From NCBI GenBank assembly GCA_963795645.1, contig CAWCIK010000008.1:157-64156 (forward strand): a stretch of DNA of 64,000 nucleotides. Direction: 5' to 3'. A program made the translations under genes and the position numbers. Source of the DNA: an uncultured Chloroflexia bacterium (GTDB lineage Bacteria > Chloroflexota > Limnocylindria > Limnocylindrales > CSP1-4). Below the pieces are notes generated by a model. The model ran no database searches. It worked only from the letters and a program-made list of their open reading frames with translations, and was not told where the DNA came from. Every line of letters begins with the position of its first letter. Position 1 is the first letter of the stretch. Shown one piece after another: positions 29,001 through 39,799 of this stretch.

Positions 29001-30541
29001 TCAGCCGCTGGCTGAGGCGGGCTCCGTTTCGGAGGCGAAGACCTCCGGCGCCTCGTGGATCTCCTTGGCGGCCCGAATGCCGACTCGAGCGCCCCCTGGA
29101 TCCACGCGTGGTACAGCGACGTGTGCTCGCCCGCGAAATGGATTCGGCCCTCCGGCTGCGACGATGTCGGGCTGGAGCCGGGTCTGCTGCCGGGCTCGAA
29201 GAGCGCGAACGCGCCACGCGCCCACGGATCGCCGTACCAGTCCTGGGTCGCGCCCACCTCGAACTCGGTCGTGATCGAGGGGTGGATCTGGGCGACGTCC
29301 TCGAGCGCCTGCTCGATCATCGCTCGCGCGTCCGAGGCCGCCCCAGCGCAGCGCGTCCTGGCCCCACGTGTACGAGGCAAGCAGCGTGCCGCGCTCCTCG
29401 TTCGGATCCGAGTACGAGGGGTAGCAGATGCGCCGGATCCCCAGGTCGGTGACGGTCGTGCCGCCGACGATGCCGTCCTCGCTGCTCCCAGAAGCGGTGG
29501 CGCGTCTGCAGCAGGATCTTGGTCGACGCGTTGTAGTTCAGCTCGCGGATGGCCTTCTGCTTGTCGCGCGAGAACGGCGTGTCCAGGACCTCGATCTCGC
29601 GCAGGACGCTGAACGGGATCGCGCAGATCGCGTAGTCGCCGCGTGACGCTGAAGCGGCCCGACCGCCGTCTCGGTAGTGGACCGTCACCGAATTCCGCGA
29701 TCCTGCGCCATCGCGTGACTTCGGCGCCCGAAGCGGACGAACGGCTTGAGCTGCTCGTAGAACGCGTTGGGCAGCTGATCCATGCCGCCCGCGATCTCCT
29801 GCATGTCCTCGAAGGAGCGCCCGACGATCTCGCGCAGCTGCTCGACGACCGCCGCGTTCATGTTCGACTCGCGGAAGCTCATGACGCCGTACAGCTCCAT
29901 GCGCGCCTTCGGAGAAGCCGGCGCATCGCCAGGAACTCGCGGATCGAGTACTGGTCGTATTCGGCTGAGCAGCTCGTCGAGCGAGCCTGGCCGCCCTGCT
30001 CGTACTGGTCCCGGAACTCGGCTGTGGCCTCGTTCCACAGCTGGGTCCAGGTCTTGCCCCTGCTCGTGGTCGGCAAGATCGAAGGGCAGCTGCTCCGGGT
30101 TCGCGGTCGGCTTCGGCGACGGTCATGCGCTGGCCGTCGATGAGCACGAGCGTCCTGGGATTGCCCATCACGAACGGCCGCATCGGCAGGCCGAACAGCT
30201 CGCAGTACGGCCAGCGTCAGATCGTGCACGCGCGGAATGCGCATCGCGCCCGCCTCTGCGTACAGACCGGGCGCGAAGTCGCGGATCGTCTTGACCCGGC
30301 CGCCGACGCGGTGCTGCGCCTCGAGCACGAGCGGCTCGTGACCCTGGCGGCGCAGCTCGAACGCCGCGACGAGGCCGGCGATGCCGCCGCCGATGATCAC
30401 CACGCGCTTGGCCGTCTGCGGCCGTGGCTCGAGGCCCTCTTCGGGCACCGCAGGGTCTCTTCGGAGACAGGCGCGTCGACGATCGGCTGGCAGGCTCGGA
30501 TCAGCCGGCGTGCCCTGCAGTGCGGCGGCGTGTCGTGTCAT
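29001..30541 (-). CDS. Flavin-dependent amine / L-amino-acid oxidase family protein, copy 2; at least 6 frame changes as assembled
   Basis: [41 protein letters not shown]...[19 protein letters not shown]...MRPFVMGNP...; further pieces read ...[11 protein letters not shown]..., ...[22 protein letters not shown]..., ...FSVLREIEV...[17 protein letters not shown]... The C-terminus is [23 protein letters not shown] then (a missing G in tcgggc) [26 protein letters not shown]-stop at 29001. Confidence 0.8.
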
Positions 30542-31461
30542 TCTCGAGGGGTCTCCATCACGTAGCCAGAGTCTAGCTTGACCGCCCGCCCAGCGTCGCG
30601 TCAGCTGGCGGAACAGGTCGCGCCGCGGCAGGCCGGTGCGCTGGGCGACCTCGCGCGCAGCCGACGAGCGGCTCAGGCCCTCGCCCACCAGGCGTCGACC
30701 TCCGCACCGACCTTCGACCAGACCCATGCTCGGCTCGTCGCCACGCGACGCCTGCGCGCCGGCGACGACGATCGTGACCTCGCCCCGCGGCGGCTCGCTG
30801 GATCGCTCGCGCGGCGAGCTCGCCCAGCGAGCCGCGCCACGTCTCCTCGTGCATCTTGGTCAGCTCGCGGCACAGCGCCGCGCTTCGGTCGTGGCCGCAT
30901 GCGGCGGCAAGCTCGGCGAGCGTCGCAGCGGCGCGGCCGGGCGCCTCGAACAGGATCGACGTGCGCTCGTCGCCGCAGATGCGCTCGATCAGCTCGCGCC
31001 GGTCCCGGCCGCGCCGCGGCAGGAATCCCTCGAAGGTGAAGCGCGCGGCGGGAAGCGCCGAAGCGACGAGCGCGGCGAGCACCGCGGAGGGCCGGGGATT
31101 GGCACTACCCTGCCGCCGCGCGCCGCCCAGGCCGCGACGATCCCCTCTCCGGGATCGCTCACGAGAGGCGTGCCCGCGTCGGTGACGATGGCAAGGTCGC
31201 TGCCGGTCGCGAGATGATCGAGCAGCTCCCGCTCGCGCGCCGGCCCGCTCTGGGCGTGGTACGGGACAAGGCGCGTCGGCGATGTCGAAGCGCGCCCACA
31301 GCCGGCGCGTCATGCGCGTGTCCTCGGCGGCCACGAGCGGCACGGCGCGCAGAACCTCGATCGCGCGCGCGGTCATGTCGCCCAGGTTGCCGATCGGCGT
31401 GGCGACGACGTACAGCGTCGCGCCGGGCGCCGACCTCCCCGCCGAGATCCGCGTCAGTCAC
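30538..31461 (-). CDS. rsmI: 16S rRNA (cytidine-2'-O)-methyltransferase RsmI; at least 3 frame changes; both ends approximate
   Basis: ...[35 protein letters not shown]...[15 protein letters not shown]...[32 protein letters not shown]...SILFEAPGR...[10 protein letters not shown]... pieced from three frames. The candidate GTG at 31461 overlaps the nadE end. Confidence 0.75.
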
Positions 31462-32340
31462 CGTCGCGGGCAGCGGCCGGCGCCGCGGATAGAGATAGTC
31501 GACGCCCGGCGTCCGCGTCGTCAGCTTGGCCACCGGCGGCACCTGGCGCTTGAACTCGGATCGTGCGATCAGCCGCTGGATGCGCTCGATCTGAGCGCGT
31601 TCGAAGCCTTTGGCCGAGCAGCTGGTCAGTCGTAAATCGTCGGTCGACCATCCAGTACAGCAGCCGATCCAAATCCTCGTAGCGCAGGCCGATCTCCTGC
31701 TCATCGGTCTGTCCGGGCCACAGGTCGGCGGTGGGCGGCTTGTTCAAAATAGGCGCCGGGCACGCCCATCTCCTCCGAAAGCTGGCGCACCTGGCTCTTG
31801 TACAGGTCGCCTATGGGGTTGAAAGCGGAGGCGTTGTCGCCGAAGTGGGTCGTAGTAGCCGAGCAGAGCCTCGGTCTTGTTGCCCGTGCCGATTACCAAC
31901 CCGTTCCACGGCACCGACTGGTCGTAGAGGACCATCATCCGAGCCCGTGCGGCCAGATTCCCGCGGCGCAGGTTGCCGACATCCTCGCCGGCGATCGATC
32001 CATCGAGGTAGCCGTCGACGATCGGTGTGATGTCGATCAGTCGACTGTGACATCCGAGCTTGCCGATGATCGTCTCGGCGTCCGCTTGCGACTCGGGCGA
32101 CGAGCTGCGATACGGCAGCATCAGGCACAGCAGGTTGTCGGCGGCTATCGCCTCGACCGCGAGATACGCGACCAGCGCCGAGTCGATGCCGCCGGACAGT
32201 GCCAGGACCAGCTTGCTGAAGCCGGTCTGTTGGAGCTGGCCGCGGATGAACTCGCGGATGATGCGGCGCGCCACATCCGTGTCGATGAGCAGCTCCGCGG
32301 GCAGCGTATACGGCCGCTCCGGGCTGCGCTCCTCGCTCAT
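31454..32340 (-). CDS. nadE: NAD+ synthetase (NadE synthetase domain only); at least 2 frame changes
   Basis: [14 protein letters not shown]...[24 protein letters not shown] (SGGxDS PP-loop)...[14 protein letters not shown]...[15 protein letters not shown]... Later pieces are ...[17 protein letters not shown]...YEDLD... and ...[13 protein letters not shown]... Its ATG overlaps the upstream nitrilase-like stop (ATGA). Confidence 0.8.
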
Positions 32341-33219
32341 TGCCCCTCGTCGGTCATGCCCGCCTGCTCGCGCTGGATCCGTTCGAGCTGGCGGGCCACG
32401 AACTCCGGACGCTCGTCGCGCAGCAGCGGCAGGGCCGTGCGCTCCCGTCGAACCTCGTCGAGGTCTATCTCCACGACGTGCAGCCCCTCGTCGAGGAGTG
32501 GCGCCCCGAAGACGACGTCGCCAGCGGGGTCGATGACCTGCGATCCGCCCCAGAAAGTCACGCTCTCGTCGACGCCGACGCGATTGACGAAGACGACGAA
32601 GCACGTCGTCAGCTGCGCGTAAGCGCGCATCAGCGTGCGCCACGACGTCGCCGATCCTAGGCCGCTCTCGTCGGTCGCGGCCACATCACGGCCGGGCGAT
32701 GAAGAGATGTTGATCAGGATCTGGGCGCCGTCTAGCGCCAGGAGATAAGGAACGGGAAGGTGCCAGAAGTCCTCGCAGATGCACAGGCCGAGGCGGACAC
32801 CGAGGCGGGAGTCGACCGCGCGAAGCTGGGATCCCGAGCCAAAGAAGCGGCGCTCGTCAAAGAGGCCGTAGTTGGGCAGGAAGGACTTCCGATAGACGTA
32901 CCTGACTTCGCCCTGTTCGAGCAGGGCCGGCGACGATGAACAGCTGCTCATCGTCCGAGCGCTCCACGAAGCCGACGACGACGGACATTCCGTCGGATTC
33001 CCGGGCCAGGCCCGCAAGGCGCTCGTCATCTCGGCGCATCGCGACCTCGGCATTCAGGTCCTGGAGCAGATAGCCGGTCAGCCCAAGCTCAGGGAAGACG
33101 AGCAGGTCCACGCCGTCGTCACGGGCAGCGGCAATCTTGTCGCGATGAGCGGCCAGATTGGCTTCGAGGGCACCCAGTCGCGGCGCAAGCTGTCCGAGTC
33201 CTACGCGCACCCTGGTCAT
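32337..33219 (-). CDS. Carbon-nitrogen hydrolase (nitrilase-superfamily, NadE glutaminase-type) protein; one frameshift near 32,940
   Basis: MTRVRVGLGQLAPRLGALEANL...VDLLVFPELGLTGY... then ...YRKSFLPNYGLFDERRFF...GLCICEDFWH...INISSSP... This is the E-K-C catalytic triad context. Confidence 0.8.
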
Positions 33220-33253
33220 GGTTCGATGTTAATAGCCCGCAACCGACTAGCAG

Positions 33254-33271
33254 CGTGCTCCTTGGAGCACG
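33254..33271. promoter_or_regulatory. Perfect 8-2-8 palindrome in a divergent intergenic region (possible operator)
   Basis: cgtgctcc-tt-ggagcacg lies between the nit-nadE operon start (33219) and the ABC substrate-binding gene (33455). Confidence 0.25.
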
Positions 33272-33454
33272 ATTAAAAGCCGTAAACCAAAAGGCCTGCG
33301 ACCGACCGCAGGTGGTAGCCTTCCGCGACCTGTCGGAGATGATCGGTCGCTTGTGCTGCAGGCCTGGCGTCCGAAACTGCGGCGCAGGTCCGAACAGTGA
33401 CCTGTGGGGATGGCCGCGCGATGGCAGGCCCAATTGAAGAGGAGGAAGGAACAT

Positions 33455-35389
33455 ATGGCTCATCGACCAAGATGGCTGAGTCTGTCGAGCGCGGCGTTTG
33501 CCACTGTGCTCGTCATCTCGGCCTGTAGCGGCGGCGGCAATGCGACGACGCAGCCGACGACACCCGCTCAGCCGTCAGCGGCACCAAGTGAGGCCGCAAG
33601 CGCGGCACCGAGCACCGCACCAAGCGAGGCCGCCAGCGCGGCGCCGAGCGAGGCCGCGAGCGCAGCTCCAAGCGAGGCCGCGAGCGCGGCGCCAAGCGAG
33701 GCTCCCACCACTCCAGCGCAGGGAACCCCTTATCCAGCGGCGCTGGCTCAACCAGGTGATCCTTCTGCGATCACTGATTCGTACCCGAACTACGGCGATC
33801 CCATTGATTGCGCCGCAGGATCGTGGAACGGCCTGCCGTATACGGGCAACCTGCAGTCCCTGTCGGCACCCGACGATCACACCGTCGTGTTCACCTTCTG
33901 CAACCCGGACGTGGCATTCCTGTCCAAGATCGCGTTCTCCGTGTTCTCGATCAACGACAGCGGGTGGCTCATCGCGCACACCGCCGCAGGCGACCAGATC
34001 AGCCTGATGAACGGCACCGGTCCGTACGCGCTCGATCAGTGGCAGCGTGGTACCGAGATCGACTACACCGCGTTTGACGGCTACTGGGGCACCAAGGCGG
34101 CGACGCCGAAGGCCGTCCTCAAGTGGCAGGGCGAGTCCGCCGCGCGTCTTCAGGAGCTTCAGGCCGGCACAATCGACGGCATGACCCTGGTTGGCCCGAC
34201 CGACTTCGACACGGTCAACAATGACTCGAATCTGAAGCTACAGCCGGCGGCCGGCCTGAACACGCTCTACCTGGGCGTGAACCACGATCTCGATCCGTGG
34301 AGCAACGACCAGGTTCGACAGGCGCTTGCCATCGGCATCGACCGGCAGCGCATCGTCGACAACTTCATGCCGCCCGGCTCGGAAGTGGCAACCCACTTCA
34401 CGCCTTGCGCCATCCCGTTTGCCTGCGCAGGCGACGATTGGCCGGCGACAAACGTCGATGCTGCGAAGCAGATGATCGATGACGCCACGAACGGCGCTGG
34501 TATCACCACCACCCTCTCCTATCGCAACGTCTCGCGCGGCTACCTCCCGTCGCCCGTCGAGACCGCGACGGACCTTCAGGCTCAGCTCGAGAAGATCGAC
34601 ATCCACGTCACTCTTGACGAGCAGGAGTCCTCGACCTTCATCGCCAACGCGAACACCGGCAAGCTGGCCGGCCTGTTCCTGCTGGGTTGGGGTGCGGACT
34701 ACCCGGATGTCACGAACTTCCTCGACTATCACTTTGGCGCCGGCTGCACCCTGGCATTCGGTGCGTGCTATCCGGCCATCGCGGATCCGCTGACGACAGG
34801 CGGCCAGACGGCCGATGACGCAGCCCGCCAGGCCGCTTACGCCGAAGCCAACAACGCGATCATCGCCAATGTTCCGATGGTCCCGATCTCTCACGCGGGC
34901 TTCGCCAATGCCTACCAGGCATCGGTCACCGACCAGCAGATCTCGCCGCTCAGCAACGAGCTGCTGTTCAAGATGACCCCCGGCAACGGGAGCGACACCC
35001 TCGTGTTCATGCAGACCGGCGAGCCGGGCAGCCTGTACTGCGCCGACGAGTCGGACGGCGAGGCGCTGCGCGCTTGCGAGCAGACGATGGAAGGTCTTTA
35101 TGGCTTTGCCGAGAACGGCACCGATCCGGTACCGCTGCTCGCCACCGGCTGCACTTCGAACGACCAGCTGACCGTGTGGACGTGCGCGCTGCGTGACGGC
35201 GTCACTTTCCAGGACGGTTCGACGTTCGAGGCACAGGACGTCATCGTCTCCCTGGCAGCCCAGTGGGATGCACTGTCGGCGCTCCATAAGGGCGCGACAG
35301 GTTCGTTCTCCTACTGGCCGGGCCTGTGGGGTGGCTTCCTCAACCCGCCCGCTCCGTGCGGCATTGAGGGCCAGCCAGCCTGCGAGTAG
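33455..35389 (+). CDS. ABC transporter substrate-binding lipoprotein, family 5 (peptide/nickel type)
   Basis: GAGGAGGAAGGA SD and the ATG at 33455; lipobox VISAC and an APSEAASA repeat linker. The long solute-binding domain reads ...YTAFDGYWG..., ...LYLGVNH..., ...FLLGWGADYPD... The track start at 33404 is probably too early. Confidence 0.9.
   Translation: MAHRPRWLSLSSAAFATVLVISACSGGGNATTQPTTPAQPSAAPSEAASAAPSTAPSEAASAAPSEAASAAPSEAASAAPSEAPTTPAQGTPYPAALAQPGDPSAITDSYPNYGDPIDCAAGSWNGLPYTGNLQSLSAPDDHTVVFTFCNPDVAFLSKIAFSVFSINDSGWLIAHTAAGDQISLMNGTGPYALDQWQRGTEIDYTAFDGYWGTKAATPKAVLKWQGESAARLQELQAGTIDGMTLVGPTDFDTVNNDSNLKLQPAAGLNTLYLGVNHDLDPWSNDQVRQALAIGIDRQRIVDNFMPPGSEVATHFTPCAIPFACAGDDWPATNVDAAKQMIDDATNGAGITTTLSYRNVSRGYLPSPVETATDLQAQLEKIDIHVTLDEQESSTFIANANTGKLAGLFLLGWGADYPDVTNFLDYHFGAGCTLAFGACYPAIADPLTTGGQTADDAARQAAYAEANNAIIANVPMVPISHAGFANAYQASVTDQQISPLSNELLFKMTPGNGSDTLVFMQTGEPGSLYCADESDGEALRACEQTMEGLYGFAENGTDPVPLLATGCTSNDQLTVWTCALRDGVTFQDGSTFEAQDVIVSLAAQWDALSALHKGATGSFSYWPGLWGGFLNPPAPCGIEGQPACE
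33581..33713 (+). repeat. In-frame tandem repeats of about 24 nt encoding (APSEAASA)n in the SBP linker
   Basis: Imperfect copies of gcNccNagcgaggccgcNagcgcg are seen directly. Confidence 0.75.
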
Positions 35390-35491
35390 GCTCGCCCCTT
35401 CAGGCATCTTCCTCGAGGGGCGCCGGCCAACAGGCCGGCGCCCCTCGGGCTATCCCAGTGGGGTTAGATTCGAGCAACCAGTGATCGGACG

Positions 35492-36568
35492 ATGATTCGC
35501 TTCATCATTCGCCGCCTCCTGCTCAGCATTCCGGTGCTGCTCGGCGTGGTCGCGGTCGTCTTTGTCCTGACTCGCGTCATCCCGGGCGACCCATGTGTGG
35601 CCGCGCTCGGCGAGAAGGCCAACCCGACCACGTGCTTCGACTTCCGCCAGCGCTTCGGGCTCAACGAGCCGCTGCCGGTTCAGTTCGTGATCTACGTCGG
35701 CGACCTGGCCACCGGCAACCTGGGCGATTCGATCAAGACCGGCGAACCTGTCACCCAGATCCTGGTCGAGCGCATGCCGACCACGATCGAGCTCACTTTC
35801 TACGCGCTGCTCTTCGCTATCTTCGTCGGCGTGCCGCTCGGAATCGCCTCCGCTTACAGACGCAACTCGGCTGCGGACGTGGGCACCATGGCCGTGGCCA
35901 ATCTGGGTGTGTCCATCCCGGTCTTCGTTCTCGGACTGCTGCTCGCCTACGTCTTCGCGATCATCCTCAAGGACTCGCCGTTCTCTCTGCCGCCATCAGG
36001 CCGGCTGACGGCCGGCTTCGACTTCCAATCGATTCCCGAAGCGTGGGGGATGAGCGACCTCGCGGGGCCGCCGCGCACGATCCTTGACTTCTTCTCGAAC
36101 ATGTACACGGTCAACGGTCTTGTCACGGGTCAGTGGGCCCTGCTCGGCGACGCGTTCAGGCACATGATCCTGCCTGCTATCGCCCTGGGCACCATCCCGA
36201 TGGCAATCATCGCGCGTATGACGCGCTCCTCGCTGCTCGAGGTCCTGGGCACCGACTACGTGCGCACAGCCCGGGCCAAGGGCATGCGCCCGCGCATCGT
36301 CATGTTCCGCCACGCCTTCCGCAACGCGCTGCTGCCCATCGTCACGGTTATCGGACTGTCTGTCGGCGCGCTGCTGTCCGGCGCGGTGCTGACGGAGACC
36401 GTCTTCGGCCTGACCGGCATAGGCAAGACCATCTTCGAATCGATCACCGGACGCGACTACATCGTTATCCAGGGCATGGCCCTCGTCGTCGCGATCATCT
36501 ACGTCCTGGTCAACCTGATTGTCGACATCAGCTACGGCTTCCTCGACCCGCGAGTGCGCTACTCATGA
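35492..36568 (+). CDS. ABC transporter permease (DppB/OppB-like)
   Basis: MIRFIIRRLLLSIPVLLGVVAVVFVLTRVIPGDP...; EAA-loop region ...YVRTARAKGMRPRIVMFRHAFRNALLPIVT... Confidence 0.9.
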   Translation: MIRFIIRRLLLSIPVLLGVVAVVFVLTRVIPGDPCVAALGEKANPTTCFDFRQRFGLNEPLPVQFVIYVGDLATGNLGDSIKTGEPVTQILVERMPTTIELTFYALLFAIFVGVPLGIASAYRRNSAADVGTMAVANLGVSIPVFVLGLLLAYVFAIILKDSPFSLPPSGRLTAGFDFQSIPEAWGMSDLAGPPRTILDFFSNMYTVNGLVTGQWALLGDAFRHMILPAIALGTIPMAIIARMTRSSLLEVLGTDYVRTARAKGMRPRIVMFRHAFRNALLPIVTVIGLSVGALLSGAVLTETVFGLTGIGKTIFESITGRDYIVIQGMALVVAIIYVLVNLIVDISYGFLDPRVRYS

Positions 36569-37557
36569 GCCCGGACCTGCACAACCCGCAGGAGGTCGGG
36601 GCCGCGCTCCCGAAGCAGACCGAGATGGCGGACGTGGCGGCTCCGGCGGACGACGAAGTTACTCACAAGAGCCGCTTCCCGCGGGCCACGCTGGGTCGCC
36701 TCCTACGGCAGCGTTCCGCGATCGTGGGACTCATCCTGCTCGGCTTCCTGTTCACCGTCGCCATCTTCGCCGACGTTCTCAAGACCTTCGATCCGAACCT
36801 ATCGATGCTCGACGTTGGCGAGGTCGGCGCCAAGGCGCGGGCCGCCCCGTGTATCCATATCCTGGGCTGCCCGGCCTCCCTGCCCGAGCACATCTTCGGT
36901 CTCGACGGCAACGTCCGTGATGTCTACAGCCGGATGCTCTTCGGCGCCCGCGTATCGCTCGCGGCGGGCATCATCACCGTTGCCTGGTCGATCCTGGCGG
37001 GATCGACCATCGGCGCCGTGTCGGGCTTCTTTGGTGGATCCACTGACAACGTCCTGATGCGGGGCATGGACATGCTCCTGGCGTTCCCCGCACTGCTCCT
37101 CGCCATCGTCGTCGTGACCATCCTTGGCCGCGGCACCAACAACGCCATGCTCGCTGTGGGCATCGTTGCGATACCCGTCTACGCGCGGATCATGCGGTCG
37201 TCGGTTCTCTCGGTGCGCGAGCAGGACTATGTCACGGCGGCTCGGGCGCTGGGCGACTCGAGCATCAGCATCCTGCGCCGGCGCATCGTGCCCAACGCGA
37301 TCACCCCACTCATCGTCCAGGGCACACTCGGCGTCGGCGCAGCAGTGCTGGAGATCGCGGCGCTGTCCTTCATCGGCCTCGCGGCCCAGGCGCCGCAGGC
37401 CGAATGGGGATCGATGATCGGTCTCGAGCGCAATCAGCTCTTCTCCGCCCCGCACCTGATTTTCATCCCCGGCCTTGCCCTGGTGATCACCGTGCTCGGC
37501 TTCAACCTGCTTGGCGACGGCCTGCGCGACGCGCTTGACCCGCGACTTTCACGATGA
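36565..37557 (+). CDS. ABC transporter permease (DppC/OppC-like)
   Basis: The ATG at 36565 overlaps the previous stop (ATGA). ...DVYSRMLFGARVSL...YVTAARALGDSSISILRRRIVPNAITPLIV... The track ORF from 36133 carries an out-of-context N-terminus overlapping the previous gene. Confidence 0.9.
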   Translation: MSPDLHNPQEVGAALPKQTEMADVAAPADDEVTHKSRFPRATLGRLLRQRSAIVGLILLGFLFTVAIFADVLKTFDPNLSMLDVGEVGAKARAAPCIHILGCPASLPEHIFGLDGNVRDVYSRMLFGARVSLAAGIITVAWSILAGSTIGAVSGFFGGSTDNVLMRGMDMLLAFPALLLAIVVVTILGRGTNNAMLAVGIVAIPVYARIMRSSVLSVREQDYVTAARALGDSSISILRRRIVPNAITPLIVQGTLGVGAAVLEIAALSFIGLAAQAPQAEWGSMIGLERNQLFSAPHLIFIPGLALVITVLGFNLLGDGLRDALDPRLSR

Positions 37558-38662
37558 GCGGTCAAATGGTCGAGGAAGAAAGCGTGGCCACGGCCGCCGT
37601 CGCACGGGACACGGTCACGGACAGCAAACAATCTGAGATGCTGCTCGACGTGCGCGACCTGCGCACGTCGTTCCGATTGCGCGAAGGCAGCGTCAAGGCC
37701 GTCACGGGCGTCAGCTTCAACGTCAGGCGCGGCGAGATCCTGGGCCTCGTCGGCGAATCCGGCTGTGGCAAGAGCGTCACCTCGCTCTCGATCATGGGCC
37801 TGGTCTCAGCGCCCGGCGTCGTCGAAGGTGGGCAGGTCATCTTTGATGGCCAGGATCTGCTGACGCTGACCGACAAGCAGATGCGCGACATCAGGGGCGA
37901 CCGGATCTCGATGATCTTTCAGCAGCCCACCTCGTCGCTCAACCCCGTCCTGCGCGTCGGCTTCCAGATCGGCGAAGTGCTCGAGGCGCACAAGAACATG
38001 AAGCGCAAGGCGGCGCGCGACAGAGCCATGGAGCTGATGACCATGGTCGGCATACCCGACCCCAAGCGTCGGCTCGATTCCTACGCCTTCGAGATGTCCG
38101 GTGGCATGGCCCAGCGAGTGATGATCGCGATGGCCCTGGCCTGCGAGCCGGAGCTGCTGATCGCCGACGAACCCACAACTGCCCTCGATGTCACGATTCA
38201 GGCCCAGATCCTCGACCTCATGCGCCGACTCCAGCGCGAGACGGGAACGGCGATCGTGCTCATCACCCACGACCTGGGAGTGGTCGCCGAGATGTGCGAC
38301 CGAGTCGCGGTCATGTACGCCGGAGAGATCATCGAGGAAAGCGATACCACGCGACTCTTTGACGATCCGCTCCACCCGTACACCAAGGGCCTGATCGGCT
38401 CCGTCCCGGTTCTCGGGCAGCCGGTTGATGCGCTTTCGGTAATTCCGGGCATCGTGCCGAACTTGATCGATCTGCCCGAGGGCTGCCGGTTCGCGCCGCG
38501 CTGCGCGGCGCGAACCGAGTACGACGTCAAACCGGCAACTGAGGTTCATCCCCAGCTGCAGATGGCGGGCGTTGGCCACAGCGTGCGCTGCTGGCTGTAC
38601 CACTCCTCGAGCGAGACGCCGGCCTGGACTCCTCCCCTGGCCAAGGAGGAGGTCAGAGCCCA

Positions 38663-38666
<4 letters not shown>
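37554..38666 (+). CDS. ABC transporter ATP-binding protein (OppD/DppD-like)
   Basis: Walker A GESGCGKS, signature MSGGMAQRV, Walker [13 protein letters not shown], and the C-terminal oligopeptide domain ...[12 protein letters not shown]...CRFAPRC... ATGA overlap with the permease. Confidence 0.92.
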
Positions 38667-39751
<1,085 letters not shown>

Positions 39752-39799
39752 CACTATTCCACCACTCCGGCGAATCAGGTATGGCGTCCTCACCTGTGC

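Noticed and set aside
36133-36564. N-terminal 144 aa of track ORF 36133-37557
   Set aside because: This part lies out of frame inside the first permease gene and is Arg/Pro/His-rich. The second permease starts at the ATG at 36565, which overlaps the upstream stop.
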